Assembly: GCA_031429575.1 (NCBI GenBank)
Contig: JANOZW010000254.1
Coordinates: 9,640 to 73,639 of the forward strand
Source: Ferruginibacter sp.
GTDB taxonomy: Bacteria > Bacteroidota > Bacteroidia > Chitinophagales > Chitinophagaceae
Length of the DNA: 64,000 nt
Reading direction: 5' to 3'
Shown here one piece after another: positions 26,894 to 36,169 of this stretch. Numbering within the stretch: the stretch's first letter is position 1; each line of letters opens with the position of its first letter. The notes below the pieces were generated by a model. That model worked only from the letters and a program-made list of their open reading frames with translations. It was not told where the DNA came from and did no database searches. A program made the position numbers and the translations under genes.

Positions 26894-28078
26894 TTAGCGT
26901 ATACTAATAGCAAATAAGGAAATAAATAAAAGCTTACCATCTCTACTTATAATTAATTTTATAGATTCTTGTGCCTTTTGTAATAGATTTTCATATACCT
27001 GAATTTTACCTGAACAATCTTTTGAAATACAAATAATTTCATCTCCATTTTTTAAGCCTGCTTTTTCTGCGGGCGATTTAGAAACAATATCATCAACCAC
27101 AATTTTATTTTCGTAATTGTACAATGTCATACCTGTGTAAGCATAATCAAACGGGTCGTCAAAATTGGTATTTGGTTTTAAATAAATTTCTCTAGATGGA
27201 TAATTAAGCGTAACATTAAATCTACGCAAAATATCATTGCCCAACAAACCAGCTGTGTATGGGTATGATGTTACATTTTCTTCATCATCATACAAATTGG
27301 TGGGCACATTTCTAAAAACGTATGGCCCAATTTGTAATCGTTTTACTACTGTTAATCGCATTTTCTTTTTTCCATTCAGCCCTTGCACTTCAGTAATAAC
27401 GGGCTTTCTACGTGATAATAAGATTTTATTATCTTTTAAAAAGTTTTCTGTTAGTAATAAACATAGCCCTGCCCCAGTATCAAAATATAGATTGGTAGCT
27501 ATTTTCAATTTATCTTTTACATTAACCGTATGTGCTATCAATCTCGAAAAAGTTGGGTACATCATCGTACCACCACGCTCATATTTAAACTTGCCTGGTT
27601 TGTAAATTTTTATAAAAGAAGAGTCAAAGTTTATATCAAAAATATACCTACTTAACAAGGAAAACCCAATAATGCCATCTATCTTTTCTCCATATACACT
27701 ACTTAATAAACTATAATCATTTATATAAAAATTAAGGTTTTCCGTTTTGAGTTTACCCGTAGTTAATGTCTGATTAAATGCGTAAGATACATTTCTAGTG
27801 CCGCCAATGCCGCTTACGAGCGTATCTGTTACTCTAGATGCAATTTTGAACTCTGCACAAGTGGCTGAATCCAACGAAATGCCGCCACTACCAGTATCCA
27901 AAATAAAATTAAGCGGTTCAGCAATGTTATTCAGTTTTGCTTCAATGACGATAACACCTCCAGTATAAATTTTTATTGGAATTGTTTCTAGCCACACAGC
28001 ATCTTCTGCCTTTAGTTTATTTTGCGCTAAACAACTTTGAGCAGCTAAGAACCAAAATATAATATTAAACGTTTTTAT
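26894..28078 (-). CDS. Twin aspartyl-protease domain + PDZ protein
   Basis: FILDTGSGG and YFDTGAG motifs, GLLGNDIL, SPAEKAGLKNGD PDZ. The frame stays open 27 codons above the track GTG (27997) and encodes a signal peptide starting at ATA 28078; start is uncertain. Confidence 0.8.
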   Translation of the reverse strand: MKTFNIIFWFLAAQSCLAQNKLKAEDAVWLETIPIKIYTGGVIVIEAKLNNIAEPLNFILDTGSGGISLDSATCAEFKIASRVTDTLVSGIGGTRNVSYAFNQTLTTGKLKTENLNFYINDYSLLSSVYGEKIDGIIGFSLLSRYIFDINFDSSFIKIYKPGKFKYERGGTMMYPTFSRLIAHTVNVKDKLKIATNLYFDTGAGLCLLLTENFLKDNKILLSRRKPVITEVQGLNGKKKMRLTVVKRLQIGPYVFRNVPTNLYDDEENVTSYPYTAGLLGNDILRRFNVTLNYPSREIYLKPNTNFDDPFDYAYTGMTLYNYENKIVVDDIVSKSPAEKAGLKNGDEIICISKDCSGKIQVYENLLQKAQESIKLIISRDGKLLFISLFAISIR

Positions 28079-28144
28079 ATGGCAATACTTTTAATAATAC
28101 AAGTTAATGAATGTAATTTTGCAAAGCAATTTAAACTGGTTTTT

Positions 28145-29266
28145 ATGAATGTAAATGATTTATTAGCGAAAGCCCTGGCTTTTGAATTTCTTACTGTACA
28201 AGAAGGCGTATTTTTGTTTGAAAACGCTGCACTTACAGAATTAATGTATGTAGCAAATGAATGTAGAAAAGTACAAGTGCCTCATGGAAAGGTAACTTGG
28301 CAAATAGATAGAAACGTAAATACCACCAATGTATGTACCGCAAATTGTAAGTTTTGTAATTTTTACCGCATACCAGGCCATAAAGATGCCTACATAACAG
28401 ATATTGAAACTTACAAGAAAAAAATTGAAGAAACCATCATGTATGGTGGTGATCAATTGTTGTTACAAGGTGGCCACCACCCTGAGTTGGGTTTATCTTT
28501 TTATGTAAATTTATTTAAAGAATTAAAAAGCCTTTACCCAAATATAAAGCTCCATACACTTGGTCCGCCAGAAGTAGCACACATAACCAAGCTAGAAAAA
28601 AGCACACACAAGGAAGTGCTAGTTGCATTAAAAGCGGCTGGTATGGATAGCTTGCCAGGAGCAGGTGCAGAAATATTAACCGATAGGGTACGCCGATTAA
28701 TAAGCAAAGGAAAATGTGGTGCACAAGAATGGTTAGATGTAATGCATGAAGCACATAAATTAAACATTACCACATCTGCGACTATGATGTTTGGTCATGT
28801 AGAAACCTTGGAAGAACGTTTTGACCATCTCGTAAAAATAAGAGAAGTACAAAGCAGAAAGCCGGAAGATGCCAAAGGATTTTTAGCATTTATTCCATGG
28901 ACTTTTCAAGACGCAGATACCTTGCTCGCACGCATACGTGGTGTACACAATCTTACCACACCAGAAGAATATATTCGCATGATAGCCATGAGCCGTATTA
29001 TGCTACCCAATGTAAAAAACATACAAGCTAGTTGGCTTACGGTTGGTAAAGAAGTAGCACAAATTTGTTTGAATGCTGGCGCAAACGATTTTGGAAGTAT
29101 CATGATAGAAGAAAATGTAGTGAGTGCCGCAGGTGCACCGCATCGTTTTACATCCAATACCATTCAAGATTCTATACGTATGGCTGGCTTTGAGCCGCAG
29201 CTTCGCAATCAACAATACGAATGGAGAAAAATGCCAGAAATGAAAGAACAAGTAATAGATTATTAA
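28145..29266 (+). CDS. mqnC: Cyclic dehypoxanthinyl futalosine synthase (CofH/MqnC radical SAM)
   Basis: RNVNTTNVCTANCKFCNF, LLQGGHHP, LPGAGAEIL, FIPWTFQ, NIQASW, GANDFGS; ATG 28145 follows TAATTTTG at 28114-28121. Confidence 0.85.
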   Translation: MNVNDLLAKALAFEFLTVQEGVFLFENAALTELMYVANECRKVQVPHGKVTWQIDRNVNTTNVCTANCKFCNFYRIPGHKDAYITDIETYKKKIEETIMYGGDQLLLQGGHHPELGLSFYVNLFKELKSLYPNIKLHTLGPPEVAHITKLEKSTHKEVLVALKAAGMDSLPGAGAEILTDRVRRLISKGKCGAQEWLDVMHEAHKLNITTSATMMFGHVETLEERFDHLVKIREVQSRKPEDAKGFLAFIPWTFQDADTLLARIRGVHNLTTPEEYIRMIAMSRIMLPNVKNIQASWLTVGKEVAQICLNAGANDFGSIMIEENVVSAAGAPHRFTSNTIQDSIRMAGFEPQLRNQQYEWRKMPEMKEQVIDY

Positions 29267-29284
29267 ACACTTTATTAAAATACG

Positions 29285-29326
29285 AAAGCCATCAATATTT
29301 TTTTCAAAAATATTGATGGCTTTTTT
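29285..29326. terminator. Bidirectional terminator between convergent genes
   Basis: AAAGCCATCAATATTTTT...AAAAATATTGATGGCTTT followed by a T run. Confidence 0.8.
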
Positions 29327-29466
29327 AGTGGGCTAAGAAGCAATGATTGATCAGTGGTGGCAAATATGATTTTATTATTAATTGGCTTTTGATAAAAGCC
29401 AATTAATAATCTCCGTTTAACACTATATCATTTCTCATCTTTCATTTTGAAATAGATGTAAAAACA

Positions 29467-30633
29467 CTAAAGATTATTTTGCTTTTCTAAATTAAATATT
29501 TCAGATTTTCCTTTTACCATTTCCCAAATCATTAATCCAAACATGATGGTGAAAGGCAATGCTTTTAAGCCATGGCTGTAAATATAATCCAAGATAATAT
29601 GCGGTGTAGGGTCAATAGAAAGTACCGTACCAAAAAATAAAAACAACCACATAAAAATATTGAGTCCTTTACTTGGTTTTTGCAATGCATACCAAATACC
29701 AATTCCCCATATAGCAATGGCATAGCCATATATTTCACCAGCATGATTAAAAATGGCGCCCCATATTAGTAATACGCCTAAAAAATATAATCTGTAATTA
29801 TAATTTGAAAAAAGTTTATACCGTATGTACATAAAACAAAAAGTAACAACACCGCCTATTTGCAAAAATAATTTTCCAGCATCTGATATATTAAAGTAAG
29901 CCTGAATAAGACCTGTAAGGGAAATCCTTCCCATATTGTCCCTTTGATCAATGACCAATTCTGCATACCAATTATAATAGAGTGTACCTAGTTCTTTAGG
30001 AGAAATAACCAACAATGGCAATGCGCCTAACACCAACATAGCCACTATAAATTTTGCAATAAAATTTATTTTATTTGGGTACAATAAAAAAAGAGATGCC
30101 GCTACAATTGGATATGCTTTAATGTATGCACCAGCCGCAATTACAAAAGCTGCCAACCAATAATGTTTATTTTCGAAACTTAAAAATGCTGCTACCATTA
30201 GTATCGCTATCATTACATTGGACTGAGTACCTTGTAAGCAAGTAAGCATTTCTAAAATAGAAAAATAAGAAATGATTGCTTTTTTAGAATCATCAATACC
30301 TTTTATTTTATAAAAAAGATAAGGCATCAACATCATGTTCAAATTATTCCATAAAAAATAACCAATGTAGTATGGCAATGCTGCAAATGGCGAAAACAAC
30401 ATGGGAAAGCTAGGGCTGTATTGATATTGGTCAAAATAATCTTGTGGCCAAAATGCATAAATATCCTTATGCTGTAATAAATGATAATAAGAAAATCTAA
30501 ATATTTTCCACACATTTAATTTGTGGGTAATTATAGATTGAATATTAATAGCATTGATGCTAATAAAATAAATGATAAAAACAGTTTGCTTTTTAAGCCA
30601 GATAGAAGTTTTGGTATTTTCTAATCCTTGCAT
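29467..30633 (-). CDS. GT87/DUF2029-like membrane glycosyltransferase
   Basis: DQYQYSPSFPMLFSPF, QGTQSNV, IKAYP, multi-TM. Confidence 0.75.
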   Translation of the reverse strand: MQGLENTKTSIWLKKQTVFIIYFISINAINIQSIITHKLNVWKIFRFSYYHLLQHKDIYAFWPQDYFDQYQYSPSFPMLFSPFAALPYYIGYFLWNNLNMMLMPYLFYKIKGIDDSKKAIISYFSILEMLTCLQGTQSNVMIAILMVAAFLSFENKHYWLAAFVIAAGAYIKAYPIVAASLFLLYPNKINFIAKFIVAMLVLGALPLLVISPKELGTLYYNWYAELVIDQRDNMGRISLTGLIQAYFNISDAGKLFLQIGGVVTFCFMYIRYKLFSNYNYRLYFLGVLLIWGAIFNHAGEIYGYAIAIWGIGIWYALQKPSKGLNIFMWLFLFFGTVLSIDPTPHIILDYIYSHGLKALPFTIMFGLMIWEMVKGKSEIFNLEKQNNL

Positions 30634-30700
30634 ACGTTGAGTTTAATATTTGCAATATACATTTTTGAATTATACGTAAATCAAAAAATAAAAAATCTTT

Positions 30701-32077
30701 TTAAAACTCAATCACAACTGTTCTTACCTCACCCTTTGGAAAATACCAACTAGGGCCACTTTCTAATAAACGTTTGGCTTGCGCATCACATTTTTCATTT
30801 AATGATTTTTCTACTTTAATATTTCTTGGGTCTCCGTGTTTGTTTACCGTAAATGATAATATTACTTGCCCTTCATATTCTATTCCAAAATCATCAACTT
30901 CAGGTTTTATATGTTGTTTTACATAATTATAAAACGACTTTGCTTCTAAATTAAACCTACTACTATCCTTTTCTACGGTCTTTTGTTTTTTTAATGCCGC
31001 ATATTTATCAGCTTCTTCAGATTCTACTTGTACGCCAGCAACTTTACCTGCAAGTGTTTTATCAGATACCTTAGCACTACTGCTTCCTATAGATGCCCTT
31101 TTTCTATTTGTACCAACAGTAGTTACTACTACTTCATCTAAATTACTATTCTTATTATCTAATTTAAATGTTTGCGAAGCATTTGAATTTAACAGCGCTT
31201 CTTTTTTATCGTAACCAACGGCATCTATTGAAACATTAGTTACGCTATCAGCTGCTGTAAAATTATATCTGCCTTTATTATCCGTTTGTGTTACAATATT
31301 TGAATTTTTCAATTTAATGGTAGCGTTTTGCATAGGCCCACCTGTAGCTGTTTGCACAACGCCGTTGTAGTTATAAAAATTCATAGCGTTGTTTTGTGAA
31401 CTTTTATTTTGTACCAAGTCAAGCCCTTTTTCTTTATATCTAGTATTATCATCTAAAGCATCTTTTTGCAAAGGCTTTGCAGCCTCTGATTCCATGTTCA
31501 ATTCTGCCCTAGAAATAGCAGGTGATGTGGGTGCCGGTGGTATAGCTGTACTTGGTTTACTACTAAAATTATTATCTGCTAATTGTAAGGTAGTAGTATC
31601 AAGTTTTACATTGCCATTTGCAGGAGCAATATTCGTTTGTGATTCTGTAGCTAACCCTTGCGTTGTTGCTTCATTGGTTTCCGCATCTATTTTATTTGCA
31701 CCAATAATTGTATCAATTTTTTGCTCTTGCTGTGTTTCATTTTTTGCAAGCGGTGTTACATCATCTTTTTTATTTATGTTATAAAATAAATACCCTACAC
31801 CAAATACAATAGCGATAGAAGCCGCAGCTCTCATCCAAGTTTTATTAGAAGGTATAGCAATTACTTTTGTTTCATCCTTCTCTTTTAAAAATAATTTTTC
31901 TTTTATAGATTCAACATCTGCCGTAGCAGTATTTGTATGCACATAACCATCTAGCGCATCAGATAAAAATGGATCTTCCAATGCTGCTTTTTCAAGTGCA
32001 TGCATATCTTTTGCGGGCATATTGCCTGCATGATAACTTGCAAAATCTGCTGCGGTATATATTTTTTCGTTGTTCAT
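30701..32077 (-). CDS. Anti-sigma-like N-terminus + TM + CarboxypepD_reg-like + TonB C-terminal-like fusion
   Basis: YHAGNM...HALEKAALEDPFLSDALDGY, TM, TQTDNKGRYNF...LDEVVV, GQVILSFTVNKHG...AKRLLESGPSW; abuts an ECF sigma. Confidence 0.75.
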   Translation of the reverse strand: MNNEKIYTAADFASYHAGNMPAKDMHALEKAALEDPFLSDALDGYVHTNTATADVESIKEKLFLKEKDETKVIAIPSNKTWMRAAASIAIVFGVGYLFYNINKKDDVTPLAKNETQQEQKIDTIIGANKIDAETNEATTQGLATESQTNIAPANGNVKLDTTTLQLADNNFSSKPSTAIPPAPTSPAISRAELNMESEAAKPLQKDALDDNTRYKEKGLDLVQNKSSQNNAMNFYNYNGVVQTATGGPMQNATIKLKNSNIVTQTDNKGRYNFTAADSVTNVSIDAVGYDKKEALLNSNASQTFKLDNKNSNLDEVVVTTVGTNRKRASIGSSSAKVSDKTLAGKVAGVQVESEEADKYAALKKQKTVEKDSSRFNLEAKSFYNYVKQHIKPEVDDFGIEYEGQVILSFTVNKHGDPRNIKVEKSLNEKCDAQAKRLLESGPSWYFPKGEVRTVVIEF

Positions 32078-32656
32078 TTATTCTGCTTTTTGCAAAGCGG
32101 TTTTATCCATACATATTTTTAAATTTCTCCTACCGTTTTGTATAAAACTTCTTACTTTATTTATATCCAACGCTGTTGTATCTGCTATTTCTTTATAACA
32201 TTTTTCTTGCAAGTAAAAGAGTTGTATGGCTGCTTTTTGCTCCGTTGGCAGCTGTTCTATACAATGTTCCATTACTATTAAGTTGGTTTCTTTTTGCATC
32301 ACATCATCTAGATGCATATTTTCTTGCAAATGCATAAGGTCTGCATCAACATTAACAGGTTGGCTTTTTCTGCTGCGCAATTTCATTAAACAATGGTTTT
32401 TAGCTAGTTGATATAACCATCCTTTAAAATTGTCTATTTCATATTTTTTTACTTTCGTTACCAATTCCTCAAAAATATGTATTACTGCATCTTGCGCTTC
32501 ATCGGGTTCTTTAAAATATTTAAGACATACGCCGTATAACAAATCCATATAGCGGCCATACAAATCTCCAAGGGTGTCCATATTGCTCGTATCCTTGTAC
32601 TGCTGCACAAGTTCGCTATCGGTAAAGCTGGATGATATTTTTTTAATGAATGCCAA
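32078..32656 (-). CDS. ECF RNA polymerase sigma-70 factor
   Basis: AQDAVIHIF, FKGWLYQLAKNHCLMKLR, LFYLQEKCYKEIA, VRSFIQNGRRNLK. Confidence 0.92.
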   Translation of the reverse strand: MAFIKKISSSFTDSELVQQYKDTSNMDTLGDLYGRYMDLLYGVCLKYFKEPDEAQDAVIHIFEELVTKVKKYEIDNFKGWLYQLAKNHCLMKLRSRKSQPVNVDADLMHLQENMHLDDVMQKETNLIVMEHCIEQLPTEQKAAIQLFYLQEKCYKEIADTTALDINKVRSFIQNGRRNLKICMDKTALQKAE

Positions 32657-32860
32657 TAATATAAAGTTATAAAATTATTTTTTAAGCACTCTTCTTATAC
32701 TAATCTTTATACAATAAATATGTTTGGTTACTTATCATTATAAATACTAATAAAGGATATACTAGGTGGCATACTAAAAAAGATAAAGATTGAAAACTGC
32801 TTTTTTGTTCTACATCTTTATTTGTAATTACCATTGGTTAAATGTTTTACTCATGTCTAT

Positions 32861-33919
32861 CTATCCCCACCAAAACGCCGCAGCAATAATTATATACAAT
32901 CCAATTAGCGCTACACCTTCTAGCCAAATAGATTCACCATCGAAAACAATAAATGCACCAACAATAATAGACAATGCCAAAGAGGCTAATAAAAGTGGGC
33001 TGAGCACAAAAGATAAAATAGCACCCCCCATAAAAAAAGATAGTAAAACTAATAAAGGGAATAAACATATTGCAATTTGTAGAGAGCTATTTAAGATTAC
33101 ACTTACTGCATAGTCTGCTTTATTTTTTATGGCTAATTGAATACCCACTAAATTTTCAATAGCATTACCAGCAATGGCCACAATAACCAGTCCTGCAAAC
33201 ACATCATTTATACCTAATATTTTCATAGCAGGTTGTAGCGCTTCCACAAACCAATCTGACACAAATGCAGCACCCACTCCCGAGCCTGCCAGTACCAATA
33301 ATGTAATGGGCAATGACCATGAATTGTGATGCGCTTCACTTGATTCTGCAGGTACAATTGTTTTATCTCCCTTAATAGAAAATGTAAGACTAGCTACAAA
33401 AACCAATAATAATACAATGGCTACCATTACATTGAGCATGTTTATATGCGCATCTGCTGCGGTGTGTAGGTGGTGCGTAAGAGTAGGCACAGCTAATGCT
33501 GCAAAGGCTAACAACATTAAAGTAGCTATCATTTTGGGTGGTTCTGAATGAAACTTTTGTGTACCATTTTTTAGCCCCCCAAACAATAACGCCAAGCCAA
33601 ATACCAATAATGAATTGGCTAAAATAGAACCCACTAAAGCAGCTTGTACTACTTTATCTAACCCTGCACGCAAGGCAAATATGCATACAAACAACTCGGG
33701 CAAATTACCCAATGCAGATTGTAAAACCCCTGTAGCGCCCGGCCCCATTCTACTACCGAGTTGGTCTGTAGCATGACCAACGTTCATTGCTAGTAATACC
33801 AATGCAATGGCGCTAAATATAAAAAGCAAAACAGAATTTAATTCAAAATGTGTGGCTATGGCTGTAACAGCAGCCATTACAATAGCTGCGATGATGATGA
33901 TGATTTCTTTTTTGCTCAT
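32861..33919 (-). CDS. cax: Ca2+/H+ antiporter (CaCA family)
   Basis: Alpha-repeats LGNLPEL...GSILAN and IAGNAIEN...LNSSLQIA. Confidence 0.88.
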   Translation of the reverse strand: MSKKEIIIIIAAIVMAAVTAIATHFELNSVLLFIFSAIALVLLAMNVGHATDQLGSRMGPGATGVLQSALGNLPELFVCIFALRAGLDKVVQAALVGSILANSLLVFGLALLFGGLKNGTQKFHSEPPKMIATLMLLAFAALAVPTLTHHLHTAADAHINMLNVMVAIVLLLVFVASLTFSIKGDKTIVPAESSEAHHNSWSLPITLLVLAGSGVGAAFVSDWFVEALQPAMKILGINDVFAGLVIVAIAGNAIENLVGIQLAIKNKADYAVSVILNSSLQIAICLFPLLVLLSFFMGGAILSFVLSPLLLASLALSIIVGAFIVFDGESIWLEGVALIGLYIIIAAAFWWG

Positions 33920-34076
33920 GATAATTTTTAAAGTGAAACTTGTGAAAAATTTTATAAATACATTATAAATAAATTAAATGTTTTACTTGTTTGTAAGCGC
34001 TACCTTGCAAGCAAAGATATTTTTACAAAGTATATTTTAAAAATAAGGATTTTATTTATTCAGAACAATTAAAAAA

Positions 34077-34448
34077 ATGAAGATGAGCAACGAAAAACAG
34101 TTTGGCGTGTGGATGGATTCTCAACATGCTACGATAGCAGGAAAAAATGAAGCAGGCGAGTTTGTACTAATTGGCCATGTAAAAGGGGAAGAAACACCTC
34201 ACAATTCCAGTGAAAAAAACGCACATAATCATGAAAGAATGGTGCTAGCAAAATTTTTTAAAGAAATATCATCGCATATGCAAAATGCAACAGAAATACA
34301 TTTAACAGGAACGGGAACCGCACAAGAACAATTTATTCGCTACCTAGCAGATACGCCTCAGTTTAAAAATACAAAAACGGCTGAGTCCACATCTAATAAA
34401 ATGAGTGATGAAAGGTTGATTGAATTTATTTCTGAAATAATGAATTAA
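34077..34448 (+). CDS. Hypothetical protein, host-attachment/eRF1-like small domain
   Basis: QFGVWMDSQHATI...IHLTGTGTAQEQF pattern; assignment by recall. Confidence 0.55.
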   Translation: MKMSNEKQFGVWMDSQHATIAGKNEAGEFVLIGHVKGEETPHNSSEKNAHNHERMVLAKFFKEISSHMQNATEIHLTGTGTAQEQFIRYLADTPQFKNTKTAESTSNKMSDERLIEFISEIMN

Positions 34449-34455
34449 AGTAAAT

Positions 34456-34489
34456 GTAAAAGCCAGTATAGTAATATATCGGCTTTTAC
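34456..34489. terminator. Probable terminator between convergent genes
   Basis: GTAAAAGCC...GGCTTTTAC inverted repeat. Confidence 0.6.
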
Positions 34490-34494
34490 TTTAA

Positions 34495-34971
34495 CTAACT
34501 CTCCAAGCTTTTGTCAAATACTTTTATAGCCATCGAATTTTTAAGTTGCTTAAAAGGAAGCATTCTTTTTTCTTTTGGCAATCTTATTTCTGCTAAAATT
34601 TCTTTATCAACAAAACCACGTTCTAATGAATCTTCTACTGTATTGCTATAATACACCGCTTCTAATTTGCTCCAATATATAGCAGCAGTACACATAGGGC
34701 AAGGCTCCGCACTTGTATATATTTCACAGTTAGAAAGATCTATAGAATCTAGATTTTCACATGCATCCCTTATGGCCATTACTTCTGCATGTGCTGTGGG
34801 GTCGCAGTTTTTCATAACCTGATTTCCACTACTACCAATTATTTTACCATTTTTTACAATGATGGCTCCAAATGGCCCACCTGTTTTACTATCCAATGCA
34901 TATAAGCTAAGGTCAACTGCCATCTGCATAAAACGAGCTTTATCTTCTTTTGTAACTTTTTCTTTTTTCAT
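34495..34971 (-). CDS. guaD: Zn-dependent nucleoside/guanine deaminase (CDA fold)
   Basis: GGPFGAIIV, DPTAHAEV, EPCPMCTAAIYW. Confidence 0.75.
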   Translation of the reverse strand: MKKEKVTKEDKARFMQMAVDLSLYALDSKTGGPFGAIIVKNGKIIGSSGNQVMKNCDPTAHAEVMAIRDACENLDSIDLSNCEIYTSAEPCPMCTAAIYWSKLEAVYYSNTVEDSLERGFVDKEILAEIRLPKEKRMLPFKQLKNSMAIKVFDKSLES

Positions 34972-35127
34972 GTGTTTCTTTAATTGAACTTGACCATCCT
35001 AAAAAATTAAAACAAGCTAAGAAATTTACCGACATGCAGATTTTTGCTGTTGTAACTTTTTCTATGACTCATTTTATAAAATTATCTTTATTGGTATCTA
35101 CGAAATGTAAGCCATAAAGTTTTGATG

Positions 35128-35850
35128 TTATAAATAATTGTTTTGGATCAAGGGCATTTCATCGTAAGTTCTTCCACCAAGCTCACGCCCTGTTTTCTTT
35201 TTATTTACACCGCCCCATTGTTTAAAGAAAAACGCTGCGCCTTGTTCGTCGCATTGCTGTTTTATGTCCCACACCCAAGACTCATAAATGGGTCTTGCTT
35301 TTCTTCCGCTTTCTCCGCCTACAATTACCCAATCTATACCTTCCAAATTCATATTGTGTAGCGGACCAATTAATGGCTCACAAGACAAAAATTTTGTTTG
35401 TGCATTTGTTTCTCTTAAAAAATCTATTCTCTCCGTTACCCTTCCATCTTCTACAGAAACACCCATCCATATATTTTTTGTCCAAGTAAGTTGGTCATGT
35501 ATTTCGTATAATCTTTCTGCACGTTTGGTAAGCACTTGGTAAGTGTGTTGCGGCGTTTCGTTCATTACAAAAAATACTTTTTGTATAAATTCAATCGGCA
35601 CTTCGGGATGAAATAAATCGCTCATTGAATTTACAAAAACCACTTTTGGTTTTTTCCATGTAAAAGGTGTTTGCAAAGAATCTTCATGCGTTCTTACTTC
35701 AAAACTATCTTTGTATTTGTCTATGCCCATTGCGGTAAGCCTTCTTGTCATTACTTCTGCATAACAATACTTACAACCTGCTGATATTTTATTGCAACCC
35801 GTTGTTGGATTCCAAGTCATTTCTGTCCATTCTATTGAGGATTGTGACAT
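35128..35850 (-). CDS. DUF5131 (phage Gp37/Gp68) family three-Cys protein
   Basis: IEWTEMTWNPTTGCNKISAGCKYCYAE, FVNSMSDLFH, WVIVGGESG, FFFKQWGG. Confidence 0.9.
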   Translation of the reverse strand: MSQSSIEWTEMTWNPTTGCNKISAGCKYCYAEVMTRRLTAMGIDKYKDSFEVRTHEDSLQTPFTWKKPKVVFVNSMSDLFHPEVPIEFIQKVFFVMNETPQHTYQVLTKRAERLYEIHDQLTWTKNIWMGVSVEDGRVTERIDFLRETNAQTKFLSCEPLIGPLHNMNLEGIDWVIVGGESGRKARPIYESWVWDIKQQCDEQGAAFFFKQWGGVNKKKTGRELGGRTYDEMPLIQNNYL

Positions 35851-35852
35851 GG

Positions 35853-36065
35853 TTAGAAGATACTTTTTAGGTGCTTAATTATAAAGGAAATAATATTAGA
35901 AGGTGATTCACAAAATACCAAAACGAAAAAAAGGAAAAAATACAAAAGTTTATTAGTTACGAGGTCAAACCATATTTGCCAATTAACATGGTTGCTATCT
36001 CCATTTATTTCAACTTTATTTTTTTCTCTTTTATATTTCACTTGCTTTTTTTGTTCCAATTTCAT
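35853..36065 (-). CDS. Hypothetical 70-aa protein with C-terminal TM
   Basis: Basic N-terminus, one TM; stop lies 2 nt from the DUF5131 start. Confidence 0.5.
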   Translation of the reverse strand: MKLEQKKQVKYKREKNKVEINGDSNHVNWQIWFDLVTNKLLYFFLFFVLVFCESPSNIISFIIKHLKSIF

Positions 36066-36169
36066 AAAACATTATTTTATTGAAACAAAGGTTAACCGAT
36101 TTGTAAAAACAATTTAAAACAAAAAAGATGAATTTTGAACCCGTTTTGTTCTAATTGATATTCAATACT

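Noticed and set aside
28145-29266. Stand-alone mqnC as a novelty
   Set aside because: Futalosine-pathway genes are commonly scattered; nothing unusual in the sequence
34972-35127. Purine riboswitch or uORF upstream of the deaminase
   Set aside because: No purine-riboswitch core motifs found; the 21-aa uORF has no informative codon bias
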